In this document: in pieces, positions 10,801-25,800 of the stretch | Layout of the letters: each line of letters begins with the position of its first letter | How positions within the stretch are numbered: position 1 is the stretch's first letter | Source of the DNA: Yuukianura sp. NJ FZ-2021 | Lineage: Eukaryota | Length of the DNA: 64,000 nucleotides | Direction of reading: 5' to 3' | NCBI GenBank assembly: GCA_046563655.1 | Contig: CM102286.1 | Location: forward strand, 9,486,001 to 9,550,000 | Program-made: the position numbers and the translations under genes | The notes under the pieces: generated by a model | What the model saw: the letters and a program-made list of their open reading frames with translations, nothing else | Told to the model about the DNA's origin: nothing | Database searches by the model: none

Positions 10801-13800
10801 ACAGGCACGCCTAAAATTAGGCCAACCAGTGAGGTCAAGGTCCTGATTATTCCAATTGATATCGAATTAATTACAACTGCATAGAATCTAGCATGCTACT
10901 GCAATTCCCTGTAGTACTTTGGTTGAAATTTTTCAAGTGCAACAATGATTAATCGTTTGAGCCTACTTCTTGTCGCCTCTCTGCCCACTCTAATTTTGAC
11001 AGCCATATGGACTACCAAGCAAAAAACGCGTGTAGTAGAGACAACGCAAACTTATTGGTCAACATTCCATACTGTAGAATGAATAAGGCAAGCACGGACT
11101 ATTAGCCTTCGTAAACAACATCAAGAAACTTTTATCCTGAACCTTGACAACGCGATGTTTCTCAAAATTAGAAGTAGGTAAATGAGGCTTGGTTAACTTT
11201 ATTTGTCTCAAACACGTTATCCCCGAAAAGAAAGTCCTGTTGTAGTTTTAGTGCCACCAAGAAGCATTTTTGAATTTGCGAATAGTATCACAGGCACGCT
11301 TAAAATTAGGCCAACCAGTGAGGTCAAGGTCCTGATTATTCCAATTGATATCGAATTAATTACAACTGCAGAATCTAGCATGCTACTGCAATTCCCTGTA
11401 GTATTTTGGTTGAAATTTTTCAAGTGCAACAATGATTAGTCGTTTGAGCCTACTTCTTGTCGCCTCTCTGCCCACTCTAATTTTATAGCCATATGGACTA
11501 TCAAGCCAAGAAACGCGTGTAGTAGAGACAACGCAAACTTGTTGGCCAAGATTCCATACTGTAGAATGAATAAGGCAAGCACGGACTACTAGCCTTCGTA
11601 AACAACATCAAGAAACTTTTATCCTGAACCTTGACAACGCGATGTTTTTCAAAATTAGAAGTAGATAAATGAGGCTTGGTTATTTTTATTTGTCTCAAAC
11701 ACATTATCCCCGACAAGAAAGTCCTGTTGTAGTTTTAGTGCCACCAAGAAGCATTTTTGAATTTGCGAATAGTATCACAGGCACGCTTAAAATTAGGCCA
11801 ACCAGTGAGGTCAAGGTCCTGATTATTCCAATTGATATCGAATTAATTACAACTGCAGAATCTAGCATGCTACTGCAATTCCCTGTAGTGTTTTGGTTGA
11901 AATTTTTCAAGTGCAACAATGATTAATAGTTTGAGCCTACTTCTTGTCGCCTCTCTGCCCACTCTAATTTTACAGCCATATGGACTACCAAGCCAAGAAA
12001 CGCGTGTAGTAGAGACAACGCAAACTTATTGGTCAACATTCCATACTGTAGAATGAATAAGGCAAGCACGGACTATTAGCCTTCGTAAACAACATCAAGA
12101 AACTTTTATCCTGAACCTTGACAACGCGATGTTTCTCAAAATTAGAAGTAGGTAAATGAGGCTTGGTTAACTTTATTTGTCTCAAACACGTTATCCCCGA
12201 CAAGAAAGTCCTGTTGTAGTTTTAGTGCCACCAAGAAGCATTTTTGAATTTGCGAATAGTATCACAGGCACGCTTAAAATTAGGCCAACCAGTGAGGTCA
12301 AGGTCCTGATTATTCCAATTGATATCGAATTAATTACAACTGCAGAATCTAGCATGCTACTGCAATTCCCTGTAGTATTTTGGTTGAAATTTTTCAAGTG
12401 CAACAATGATTAATAGTTTGAGCCTACTTCTTGTCGCCTCTCTGCCCACTCTAATTTTACAGCCATATGGACTACCAAGCCAAGAAACGCGTGTAGTAGA
12501 GACAACGCAAACTTATTGGTCAACATTCCATACTGTAGAATGAATAAGGCAAGCACGGACTATTAGCCTTCGTAAACAACATCAAGAAACTTTTATCCTG
12601 AACCTTGACAACGCGATGTTTCTCAAAATTAGAAGTAGGTAAATGAGGCTTGGTTAACTTTATTTGTCTCAAACACGTTATCCCCGACAAGAAAGTCCTG
12701 TTGTAGTTTTAGTGCCACCAAGAAGCATTTTTGAATTTGCGAATAGTATCACAGGCACGCTTAAAATTAGGCCAACCAGTGAGGTCAAGGTACTGATTAT
12801 TCCAATTGATATCGAATTAATTACAACTGCAGAATCTAGCATGCTACTGCAATTCCCTGTAGTATTTTGGTTGAAATTTTTCAAGTGCAACAATGATTAG
12901 TCGTTTGAGCCTACTTCTTGTCGCCTCTCTGCCCACTCTAATTTTATAGCCATATGGACTATCAAGCCAAGAAACGCGTGTAGTAGAGACAACGCAAACT
13001 TGTTGGCCAAGATTCCATACTGTAGAATGAATAAGGCAAGCACGGACTACTAGCCTTCGTAAACAACATCAAGAAACTTTTATCCTGAACCTTGACAACG
13101 CGATGTTTTTCAAAATTAGAAGTAGATAAATGAGGCTTGGTTATCTTTATTTGTCTCAAACACATTATCCCCGACAAGAAAGTCCTGTTGTAGTTTTAGT
13201 GCCACCAAGAAGCATTTTTGAATTTGCGAATAGTATCACAGGCACGCTTAAAATTAGGCCAACCAGTGAGGTCAAGGTCCTGATTATTCCAATTTATATC
13301 GAATTAATTACAACTGCAGAATCTAGCATGCTACTGCAATTCCCTGTAGTATTTTGGTTGAAATTTTTCAAGTGCAACAATGATTAATAGTTTGAGCCTA
13401 CTTCTTGTCGCCTCTCTGCCCACTCTAATTTTACAGCCATATGGACTACCAAGCCAAGAAACGCGTGTAGTAGAGACAACGCAAACTTATTGGTCAACAT
13501 TCCATACTGTAGAATGAATAAGGCAAGCACGGACTATTAGCCTTCGTAAACAACATCAAGAAACTTTTATCCTGAACATTGACAACGCGATGTTTCTCAA
13601 TATTAGAAGTAGGTAAATGAGGCTTGGTTAACTTTATTTGTCTCAAACACGTTATCCCCGACAAGAAAGTCCTGTTGTAGTTTTAGTGCCACCAAGAAGC
13701 ATTTTTGAATTTGCGAATAGTATCCCAGGCACGCTTAAAATTAGGCCAACCAGTGAGGTCAAGGTCCTGATTATTCCAATTGATATCGAATTAATTACAA

Positions 13801-16800
13801 CTGCAGAATCTAGCATGCTACTGCAATTCCCTGTAGTATTTTGGTTGAAATTTTTCAAGTGCAACAATGATTAATAGTTTGAGCCTACTTCTTGTCGCCT
13901 CTCTGCCCACTCTAATTTTACAGCCATATGGACTACCAAGCCAAGAAACGCGTGTAGTAGAGACAACGCAAACTTATTGGTCAACATTCCATACTGTAGA
14001 ATGAATAAGGCAAGCACGGACTATTAGCCTTCGTAAACAACATCAAGAAACTTTTATCCTGAACCTTGACAACGCGATGTTTCTCAAAATTAGAAGTAGG
14101 TAAATGAGGCTTGGTTAACTTTATTTGTCTCAAACACGTTATCCCCGAAAAGAAAGTCCTGTTGTAGTTTTAGTGCCACCAAGAAGCATTTTTGAATTTG
14201 CGAATAGTATCACAGGCACGCTTAAAATTAGGCCAACCAGTGAGGTCAAGGTACTGATTATTCCAATTGATATCGAATTAATTACAACTGCAGAATCTAG
14301 CATGCTACTGCAATTCCCTGTAGTATTTTGGTTGAAATTTTTCAAGTGCAACAATGATTAGTCGTTTGAGCCTACTTCTTGTCGCCTCTCTGCCCACTCT
14401 AATTTTATAGCCATATGGACTATCAAGCCAAGAAACGCGTGTAGTAGAGACAACGCAAACTTGTTGGCCAAGATTCCATACTGTAGAATGAATAAGGCAA
14501 GCACGGACTACTAGCCTTTGTAAACAACATCAAGAAACTTTTATCCTGAACCTTGACAACGCGATGTTTTTCAAAATTAGAAGTAGATAAATGAGGCTTG
14601 GTTATCTTTATTTGTCTCAAACACATTATCCCCGACAAGAAAGTCCTGTTGTAGTTTTAGTGCCACCAAGAAGCATTTTTGAATTTGCGAATAGTATCAC
14701 AGGCACGCTTAAAATTAGGCCAACCAGTGAGGTCAAGGTCCTGATTATTCCAATTTATATCGAATTAATTACAACTGCAGAATCTAGCATGCTGCTGCAA
14801 TTCCCTGTAGTATTTTGGTTGAAATTTTTCAAGTGCAACAATGATTAATAGTTTGAGCCTACTTCTTGTCGCCTCTCTGCCCACTCTAATTTTACAGCCA
14901 TATGGACTACCAAGCCAAGAAACGCGTGTAGTAGAGACAACGCAAACTTATTGGTCAACATTCCATACTGTAGAATGAATAAGGCAAGCACGGACTATTA
15001 GCCTTCGTAAACAACATCAAGAAACTTTTATCCTGAACCATTGACAACGCGATGTTTCTCAAAATTAGAAGTAGGTAAATGAGGCTTGGTTAACTTTATT
15101 TGTCTCAAACACGTTATCCCCGAAAAGAAAGTCCTGTTGTAGTTTTAGTGCCACCAAGAAGCATTTTTGAATTTGCGAATAGTATCACAGGCACGCTTAA
15201 AATTAGGCCAACCAGTGAGGTCAAGGTACTGATTATTCCAATTGATATCGAATTAATTACAACTGCAGAATCTAGCATGCTACTGCAATTCCCTGTAGTA
15301 TTTTGGTTGAAATTTTTCAAGTGCAACAATGATTAGTCGTTTGAGCCTACTTCTTGTCGCCTCTCTGCCCACTCTAATTTTATAGCCATATGGACTATCA
15401 AGCCAAGAAACGCGTGTAGTAGAGACAACGCAAACTTGTTGGCCAAGATTCCATACTGTAGAATGAATAAGGCAAGCACGGACTACTAGCCTTTGTAAAC
15501 AACATCAAGAAACTTTTATCCTGAACCTTGACAACGCGATGTTTTTCAAAATTAGAAGTAGATAAATGAGGCTTGGTTAATCTTTATTTGTCTCAAACAC
15601 ATTATCCCCGACAAGAAAGTCCTGTTGTAGTTTTAGTGCCACCAAGAAGCATTTTTGAATTTGCGAATAGTATCACAGGCACGCTTAAAATTAGGCCAAC
15701 CAGTGAGGTCAAGGTCCTGATTATTCCAATTTATATCGAATTAATTACAACTGCAGAATCTAGCATGCTGCTGCAATTCCCTGTAGTATTTTGGTTGAAA
15801 TTTTTCAAGTGCAACAATGATTAATAGTTTGAGCCTACTTCTTGTCGCCTCTCTGCCCACTCTAATTTTACAGCCATATGGACTACCAAGCCAAGAAACG
15901 CGTGTAGTAGAGACAACGCAAACTTATTGGTCAACATTCCATACTGTAGAATGAATAAGGCAAGCACGGACTATTAGCCTTCGTAAACAACATCAAGAAA
16001 CTTTTATCCTGAACATTGACAACGCGATGTTTCTCAAAATTAGAAGTAGGTAAATGAGGCTTGGTTAACTTTATTTGTCTCAAACACGTTATCCCCGACA
16101 AGAAAGTCCTGTTGTAGTTTTAGTGCCACCAAGAAGCATTTTTGAATTTGCGAATAGTATCACAGGCACGCTTAAAATTAGGCCAACCAGTGAGGTCAAG
16201 GTCCTGATTATTCCAATTGATATCGAATTAATTACAACTGCAGAATCTAGCATGCTACTGCAATTCCCTGTAGTATTTTGGTTGAAATTTTTCAAGTGCA
16301 ACAATGATTAATCGTTTGAGCCTACTTCTTGTCGCCTCTCTGCCCACTCTAATTTTACAGCCATATGGACTACCAAGCCAAAAAACGCGTGTAGTAGAGA
16401 CAACGCAAACTTATTGGTCAACATTCCATACTGTAGAATGAATAAGGCAAGCACGGACTATTAGCCTTCGTAAACAACATCAAGAAACTTTTATCCTGAA
16501 CCTTGACAACGCGATGTTTCTCAAAATTAGAAGTAGGTAAATGAGGCTTGGTTAACTTTATTTGTCTCAAACACGTTATCCCCGAAAAAAAAGTCCTGTT
16601 GTAGTTTTAGTGCCACCAAGAAGCATTTTTGAATTTGCGAATAGTATCACAGGCACGCTTAAAATTAGGCCAACCAGTGAGGTCAAGGTCCTGATTATTC
16701 CAATTTATATCGAATTAATTACAACTGCAGAATCTAGCATGCTACTGCAATTCCCTGTAGTATTTTGGTTGAAATTTTTCAAGTGCAACAATGATTAATA

Positions 16801-19800
16801 GTTTGAGCCTACTTCTTGTCGCCTCTCTGCCCACTCTAATTTTACAGCCATATGGACTACCAAGCCAAGAAACGCGTGTAGTAGAGACAACGCAAACTTA
16901 TTGGTCAACATTCCATACTGTAGAATGAATAAGGCAAGCACGGACTACTAGCCTTCGTAAACAACATCAAGAAACTTTTATCCTGAACCTTGACAACGCG
17001 ATGTTTTTCAAAATTAGAAGTAGATAAATGAGGCTTGGTTATCTTTATTTGTCTCAAACACATTATCCCCGACAAGAAAGTCCTGTTGTAGTTTTAGTGC
17101 CACCAAGAAGCATTTTTGAATTTGCGAATAGTATCACAGGCACGCTTAAAATTAGGCCAACCAGTGAGGTCAAGGTCCTGATTATTCCAATTGATATCGA
17201 ATTAATTACAACTGCAGAATCTAGCATGCTACTGCAATTCCCTGTAGTATTTTGGTTGAAATTTTTCAAGTGCAACAATGATTAATAGTTTGAGCCTACT
17301 TCTTGTCGCCTCTCTGCCCACTCTAATTTTACAGCCATATGGACTACCAAGCCAAGAAACGCGTGTAGTAGAGACAACGCAAACTTATTGGTCAACATTC
17401 CATACTGTAGAATGAATAAGGCAAGCACGGACTATTAGCCTTCGTAAACAACATCAAGAAACTTTTATCCTGAACATTGACAACGCGATGTTTCTCAAAA
17501 TTAGAAGTAGGTAAATGAGGCTTGGTTAACTTTATTTGTCTCAAACACGTTATCCCCGACAAGAAAGTCCTGTTGTAGTTTTAGTGCCACCAAGAAGCAT
17601 TTTTGAATTTGCGAATAGTATCACAGGCACGCTTAAAATTAGGCCAACCAGTGAGGTCAAGGTCCTGATTATTCCAATTGATATCGAATTAATTACAACT
17701 GCAGAATCTAGCATGCTACTGCAATTCCCTGTAGTATTTTGGTTGAAATTTTTCAAGTGCAACAATGATTAGTCGTTTGAGCCTACTTCTTGTCCCTCTC
17801 TGCCCACTCTAATTTTATAGCCATATGGACTATCAAGCCAAAAAACGCGTGTAGTAGAGACAACGCAAACTTGTTGGCCAACATTCCATACTGTAGAATG
17901 AATAAGGCAAGCACGGACTATTAGCCTTCGTAAACAACATCAAGAAACTTTTATCCTGAACCTTGACAACGCGATGTTTCTCAAAATTAGAAGTAGGTAA
18001 ATGAGGCTTGGTTAACTTTATTTGTCTCAAACACGTTATCCCCGACAAGAAAGTCCTGTTGTAGTTTTAGTGCCACCAAGAAGCATTTTTGAATTGGCGA
18101 ATAGTATCAAAGGCACGCTTAAAATTAGGCCAACCAGTGAGGTCAAGGTCCTGATTATTCCAATTGATATCGAATTAATTACAACTGCATAGAATCTAGC
18201 ATGCTACTGCAATTCCCTGTAGTATTTTGGTTGAAATTTTTCAAGTGCAACAATGATTAATCGTTTGAGCCTACTTCTTGTCGCCTCTCTGCCCACTCTA
18301 ATTTTACAGCCATATGGACTACCAAGCCAAAAAACGCGTGTAGTAGAGACAACGCAAACTTGTTGGCAAACATTCCATACTGTAGAATGAATAAGGCAAG
18401 CACGGACTATTAGCCTTCGTAAACAACATCAAGAAACTTTTATCCTGAACATTGACAACGCGATGTTTCTCAAAATTAGAAGTAGGTAAATGAGGCTTGG
18501 TTAACTTTATTTGTCTCAAACACGTTATCCCCGACAAGAAAGTCCTGTTGTAGTTTTAGTGCCACCAAGAAGCATTTTTGAATTTGCGAATAGTATCACA
18601 GGCACGCTTAAAATTAGGCCAACCAGTGAGGTCAAGGTCCTGATTATTCCAATTGATATCGAATTAATTACAACTGCAGAATCTAGCATGCTACTGCAAT
18701 TCCCTGTAGTATTTTGGTTGAAATTTTTCAAGTGCAACAATGATTAGTCGTTTGAGCCTACTTCTTGTCCCCTCTCTGCCCACTCTAATTTTATAGCCAT
18801 ATGGACTATCAAGCCAAAAAACGCGTGTAGTAGAGACAACGCAAACTTGTTGGCCAACATTCCATACTGTAGAATGAATAAGGCAAGCACGGACTATTAG
18901 CCTTCGTAAACAACATCAAGAAACTTTTATCCTGAACCTTGACAACGCGATGTTTCTCAAAATTAGAAGTAGGTAAATGAGGCTTGGTTAACTTTATTTG
19001 TCTCAAACACGTTATCCCCGACAAGAAAGTCCTGTTGTAGTTTTAGTGCCACCAAGAAGCATTTTTGAATTTGCGAATAGTATCACAGGCTCGCTTGAAA
19101 TTAGGCCAACCAGTGAGGTCAAGGTCCTGATTATTCCAATTGATATCGAATTAATTACAACTGCAGAATCTAGCATGCTACTGCAATTCCCTGTAGTATT
19201 TTGGTTGAAATTTTTCAAGCGCAACAATGATTAGTCGTTTGAGCCTACTTCTTGTCCCCTCTCTGCCCACTCTAATTTTATAGCCATATGGACTATCAAG
19301 CCAAAAAACGCGTGTAGTAGAGACAACGCAAACTTGTTGGCCAACATTCCACACTGTAGAATGAATAAGGCAAGCACGGACTATTAGCCTTCGTAAACAA
19401 CATCACGAGACTTTTATCCTGAACCTTGACAACGCGATGTTTCTCAAAATTAGAAGTAGGTAAATGAGGCTTGGTTAACTTTATTTGTCTCAAACACGTT
19501 ATCCCCGACAAGAAAGTCCTGTTGTAGTTTTAGTGCCACCAAGAAGCATTTTTGAATTGGCGAATAGTATCAAAGGCACGCTTAAAATTAGGCCAACCAG
19601 TGAGGTCAAGGTCCTGATTATTCCAATTGATATCGAATTAATTACAACTGCATAGAATCTAGCATGCTACTGCAATTCCCTGTAGTATTTTGGTTGAAAT
19701 TTTTCAAGTGCAACAATGATTAATCGTTTGAGCCTACTTCTTGTCGCCTCTCTGCCCACTCTAATTTTACAGCCATATGGACTACCAAGCCAAAAAACGC

Positions 19801-22800
19801 GTGTAGTAGAGACAACGCAAACTTGTTGGCCAACATTCCATACTGTAGAATGAATAAGGCAAGCACGGACTATTAGCCTTTGTAAACAACATCAAGAAAC
19901 TTTTATCCTGAACCTTGACAACGCGATGTTTCTCAAAATTAGAAGTAGATAAATGAGGCTTGGTTAACTTTATTTGTCTCAAACACGTTATCCCCGACAT
20001 GAAAGTCCTGTTGTAGTTTTAGTGCCACCAAGAAGTATTTTTGAGTTTGCGAATAGTATCACAGGCACGCTTAAAATTAGGCCAACCAGTGAGGTCAAGG
20101 TCCTGATTATTCCAAGTGATATCGAATTAATTACAACTGCAGAATCTAGCATGCTACTGCAATTCCCTGTAGTATTTTGGTTGAAATCTTTCAAGTGCAA
20201 CAATGATTAATCGTTTGAGCCTACGTCTTGTCGCCTCTCTGCCCACTCTAATTTTACAGCCATATGGAATACCAAGCCAAAAAACGCGTGTAGTAGAGAC
20301 AACGCAAACTTGTTGGCCAACATTCCATACTGTAGAATGAATAAGGCAAGCACGGACTATTAGCCTTCGTAAACAACATCAAGAAACTTTTATCCTGAAC
20401 CTTGACAACGCGATGTTTCTCAAAATTAGAAGTAGGTAAATGAGGCTTGGTTAACTTTATTTGTCTCAAACACGTTATCCCCGACAAGAAAGTCCTGTTG
20501 TAGTTTTAGTGCCACCAAGAAGCATTTTTGAATTTGCGAATAGTATCACAGGCACGCTTAAAATTAGGCCAACCAGTGAGGTCAAGGTCCTGATTATTCC
20601 AATTGATATCGAATTAATTACAACTGCAGAATCTAGCATGCTACTGCAATTCCCTGTAGTATTTTGGTTGAAATTTTTCAAGTGCAACAATGATTAGTCG
20701 TTTGAGCCTACTTCTTGTCGCCTCTTTGCCCACTCTAATTTTATAGCCATATGGACTATCAAGCCAAAGAAACGCGTGTAGTAGAGACAACGCAAACTTG
20801 TTGGCCAAGATTCCATACTGTAGAATGAATAAGGCAAGCACGGACTACTAGCCTTCGTAAACAACATCAAGAAACTTTTATCCTGAACCTTGACAACGCG
20901 ATGTTTTTCAAAATTAGAAGTAGGATAAATGAGGCTTGGTTAACTTTATTTGTCTCAAACACGTTATCCCCGACAAGAAAGTCCTGTTGTAGTTTTAGTG
21001 CCACCAAGAAGCATTTTTGAGTTTGCGAATAGTATCACAGGCACGCTTAAAATTAGGCCAACCAGTGAGGTCAAGGTCCTGATTATTCCAAGTGATATCG
21101 AATTAATTACAACTGCAGAATCTAGCATGCTACTGCAATTCCCTGTAGTATTTTGGTTGAAATCTTTCAAGTGCAACAATGATTAGTCGTTTGAGCCTAC
21201 TTCTTGTCGCCTCTCTGCCCACTCTAATTTTATAGCCATATGGACTATCAAGCCAAGAAACGCGTGTAGTAGAGACAACGCAAACTTGTTGGCCAAGATT
21301 CCATACTGTAGAATGAATAAGGCAAGCACGGACTACTAGCCTTCGTAAACAACATCAAGAAACTTTTATCCTGAACCTTGACAACGCGATGTTTTTCAAA
21401 ATTAGAAGTAGATAAATGAGGCTTGGTTATCTTTATTTGTCTCAAACACATTATCCCCGACTAGAAAGTCCTGTTGTAGTTTTAGTGCCACCAAGAAGCA
21501 TTTTTGAATTTGCGAATAGTATCACAGGCACGCTTAAAATTAGGCCAACCAGTGAGGTCAAGGTCCTGATTATTCCAATTGATATCGAATTAATTACAAC
21601 TGCAGAATCTAGCATGCTACTGCAATTCCCTGTAGTATTTTGGTTGAAATTTTTCAAGTGCAACAATGATTAGTCGTTTGAGCCTACTTCTTGTCGCCTC
21701 TCTGCCCACTCTAATTTTATAGCCATATGGACTATCAAGCCAAGAAACGCGTGTAGTAGAGACAACGCAAACTTGTTGGCCAAGATTCCATACTGTAGAA
21801 TGAATAAGGCAAGCACGGACTACTAGCCTTCGTAAACAACATCAAGAAACTTTTATCCTGAACCTTGACAACGCGATGTTTTTCAAAATTAGAAGTAGAT
21901 AAATGAGGCTTAGTTATCTTTATTTGTCTCAAACACGTTATCCCCGACAAGAAAGTCCTGTTGTAGTTTTAGTGCCACCAAGAAGCATTTTTGAGTTTGC
22001 GAATAGTATCACAGGCACGCTTAAAATTAGGCCAACCAGTGAGGTCAAGGTCCTGATTATTCCAAGTGATATCGAATTAATTACAACTGCAGAATCTAGC
22101 ATGCTACTGCAATTCCCTGTAGTATTTTGGTTGAAATCTTTCAAGTGCAACAATGATTAAGTCGTTTGAGCCTACTTCTTGTCGCCTCTCTGCCCACTCT
22201 AATTTTATAGCCATATGGACTATCAAGCCAAGAAACGCGTGTAGTAGAGACAACGCAAACTTGTTGGCCAAGATTCCATACTGTAGAATGAATAAGGCAA
22301 GCACGGACTACTAGCCTTCGTAAACAACATCAAGAAACATTTATCCTGAACCTTGACAACGCGATGTTTTTCAAAATTAGAAGTAGATAAATGAGGCTTG
22401 GTTATCTTTATTTGTCTCAACCACATTATCCCCGACTAGAAAGTCCTGTTGTAGTTTTAGTGCCACCAAGAAGCATTTTTGAATTTGCGAATAGTATCAC
22501 AGGCACGCTTAAAATTAGGCCAACCAGTGAGGTCAAGGTCCTGATTATTCCAATTGATATCGAATTAATTACAACTGCAGAATCTAGCATGCTACTGCAA
22601 TTCCCTGTAGTATTTTGGTTGAAATTTTTCAAGTGCAACAATGATTAATCGTTTGAGCCTACTTCTTGTCGCCTCTCTGCCCACTCTAATTTTACAGCCA
22701 TATGGACTACCAAGCCAAAAAACGCGTGTAGTAGAGACAACGCAAACTTATTGGTCAACATTCCATACTGTAGAATGAATAAGGCAAGCACGGACTATTA

Positions 22801-25800
22801 GCCTTCGTAAACAACATCAAGAAACTTTTATCCTGAACCTTGACAACGCGATGTTTCTCAAAATTAGAAGTAGGTAAATGAGGCTTGGTTAACTTTATTT
22901 GTCTCAAACACGTTATCCCCGACAAGAAAGTCCTGTTGTAGTTTTAGTGCCACCAAGAAGCATTTTTGAATTTGCGAATAGTATCACAGGCACGCTTAAA
23001 ATTAGGCCAACCAGTGAGGTCAAGGTCCTGATTATTCCAATTGATATCGAATTAATTACAACTGCAGAATCTAGCATGCTACTGCAATTCCCTGTAGTAT
23101 TTTGGTTGAAATTTTTCAAGTGCAACAATGATTAATCGTTTGAGCCTACTTCTTGTCGCCTCTCTGCCCACTCTAATTTTACAGCCATATGGACTACCAA
23201 GCCAAAAAACGCGTGTAGTAGAGACAACGCAAACTTATTGGTCAACATTCCATACTGTAGAATGAATAAGGCAAGCACGGACTATTAGCCTTCGTAAACA
23301 ACATCAAGAAACTTTTATCCTGAACCTTGACAACGCGATGTTTCTCAAAATTAGAAGTAGGTAAATGAGGCTTGGTTAACTTTATTTGTCTCAAACACGT
23401 TATCCCCGACAAGAAAGTCCTGTTGTAGTTTTAGTGCCACCAAGAAGCATTTTTGAATTTGCGAATAGTATCACAGGCACGCTTAAAATTAGGCCAACCA
23501 GTGAGGTCAAGGTCCTGATTATTCCAATTGATATCGAATTAATTACAACTGCAGAATCTAGCATGCTACTGCAATTCCCTGTAGTATTTTGGTTGAAATT
23601 TTTCAAGTGCAACAATGATTAATCGTTTGAGCCTACTTCTTGTCGCCTCTCTGCCCACTCTAATTTTACAGCCATATGGACTACCAAGCCAAAAAACGCG
23701 TGTAGTAGAGACAACGCAAACTTATTGGTCAACAATCCATACTGTAGAATGAATAAGGCAAGCACGGACTATTAGCCTTCGTAAACAACATCAAGAAACT
23801 TTTATCCTGAACCTTGACAACGCGATGTTTCTCAAAATTAGAAGTAGGTAAATGAGGCTTGGTTAACTTTATTTGTCTCAAACACGTTATCCCCGACAAG
23901 AAAGTCCTGTTGTAGTTTTAGTGCCACCAAGAAGCATTTTTGAATTTGCGAATAGTATCAAAGGCACGCTTAAAATTAGGCCAACCAGTGAGGTCAAGGT
24001 CCTGATTATTCCAATTGATATCGAATTAATTACAACTGCAGAATCTAGCATGCTACTGCAATTCCCTGTAGTATTTTGGTTGAAATTTTTCAAGTGCAAC
24101 AATGATTAGTCGTTTGAGCCTACTTCTTGTCCCCTCTCTGCCCACTCTAATTTTATAGCCATATGGACTATCAAGCCAAAAAACGCGTGTAGTAGAGACA
24201 ACGCAAACTTGTTGGCCAGCATTCCATACTGTAGAATGAATAAGGCAAGCACGGACTATTAGCCTTCGTAAACAACATCAAGAAACTTTTATCCTGAACC
24301 TTGACAACGCGATGTTTCTCAAAATTAGAAGTAGGTAAATGAGGCTTGGTTAACTTTATTTGTCTCAAACACGTTATCCCCGACAAGAAAGTCCTGTTGT
24401 AGTTTTAGTGCCACCAAGAAGCATTTTTGAATTTGCGAATAGTATCACAGGCACGCTTAAAATTAGGCCAACCAGTGAGGTCAAGGTCCTGATTATTCCA
24501 ATTGACCAATTGATATCGAATTAATTACAACTGCAGAATCTAGCATGCTACTGCAATTCCCTGTAGTATTTTGGTTGAAATTTTTCAAGTGCAACAATGA
24601 TTAATCGTTTGAGCCTACTTCTTGTCGCCTCTCTGCCCACTCTAATTTTATAGCCATATGGACTATCAAGCCAAAAAACGCGTGTAGTAGAGACAACGCA
24701 AACTTGTTGGCCAACATTCCATACTCTAGAATGAATAAGGCAAGCACGGACTATTAGCCTTCGTAAACAACATCAAGAAACTTTTATCCTGAACCTTGAC
24801 AACGCGATGTTTCTCAAAATTAGAAGTAGATAAATGAGGCTTGGTTAACTTTATTTGTCTCAAACACGTTATCCCCGACAAGAAAGTCCTGTTGTAGTTT
24901 TAGTGCCACCAAGAAGCATTTTTGAATTTGCGAATAGTATCACAGGCACGCTTAAAATTAGGCCAACCAGTGAGGTCAAGGTCCTGATTATTCCAATTGA
25001 CCAATTGATATCGAATTAATTACAACTGCAGAATCTAGCATGCTACTGCAATTCCCTGTAGTATTTTGGTTGAAATTTTTCAAGTGCAACAATGATTAAT
25101 CGTTTGAGCCTACTTCTTGTCGCCTCTCTGCCCACTCTAATTTTATAGCCATATGGACTATCAAGCCAAAAAACGCGTGTAGTAGAGACAACGCAAACTT
25201 GTTGGCCAACATTCCATACTCTAGAATGAATAAGGCAAGCACGGACTATTAGCCTTCGTAAACAACATCAAGAAACTTTTATCCTGAACCTTGACAACGC
25301 GATGTTTCTCAAAATTAGAAGTAGATAAATGAGGCTTGGTTAACTTTATTTGTCTCAAACACGTTATCCCCGACAAGAAAGTCCTGTTGTAGTTTTAGTG
25401 CCACCAAGAAGCATTTTTGAATTTGCGAATAGTATCACAGGCACGCTTAAAATTAGGCCAACCAGTGAGGTCAAGGTCCTGATTATTCCAATTGATATCG
25501 AATTAATTACAACTGCAGAATCTAGCATGCTACTGCAATTCCCTGTAGTATTTTGGTTGAAATTTTTCAAGTGCAACAATGATTAATCGTTTGAGCCTAC
25601 TTCTTGTCGCCTCTCTGCCCACTCTAATTTTACAGCCATATGGACTACCAAGCCAAAAAACGCGTGTAGTAGAGACAACGCAAACTTATTGGTCAACATT
25701 CCATACTGTAGAATGAATAAGGCAAGCACGGACTATTAGCCTTCGTAAACAACATCAAGAAACTTTTATCCTGAACCTTGACAACGCGATGTTTCTCAAA

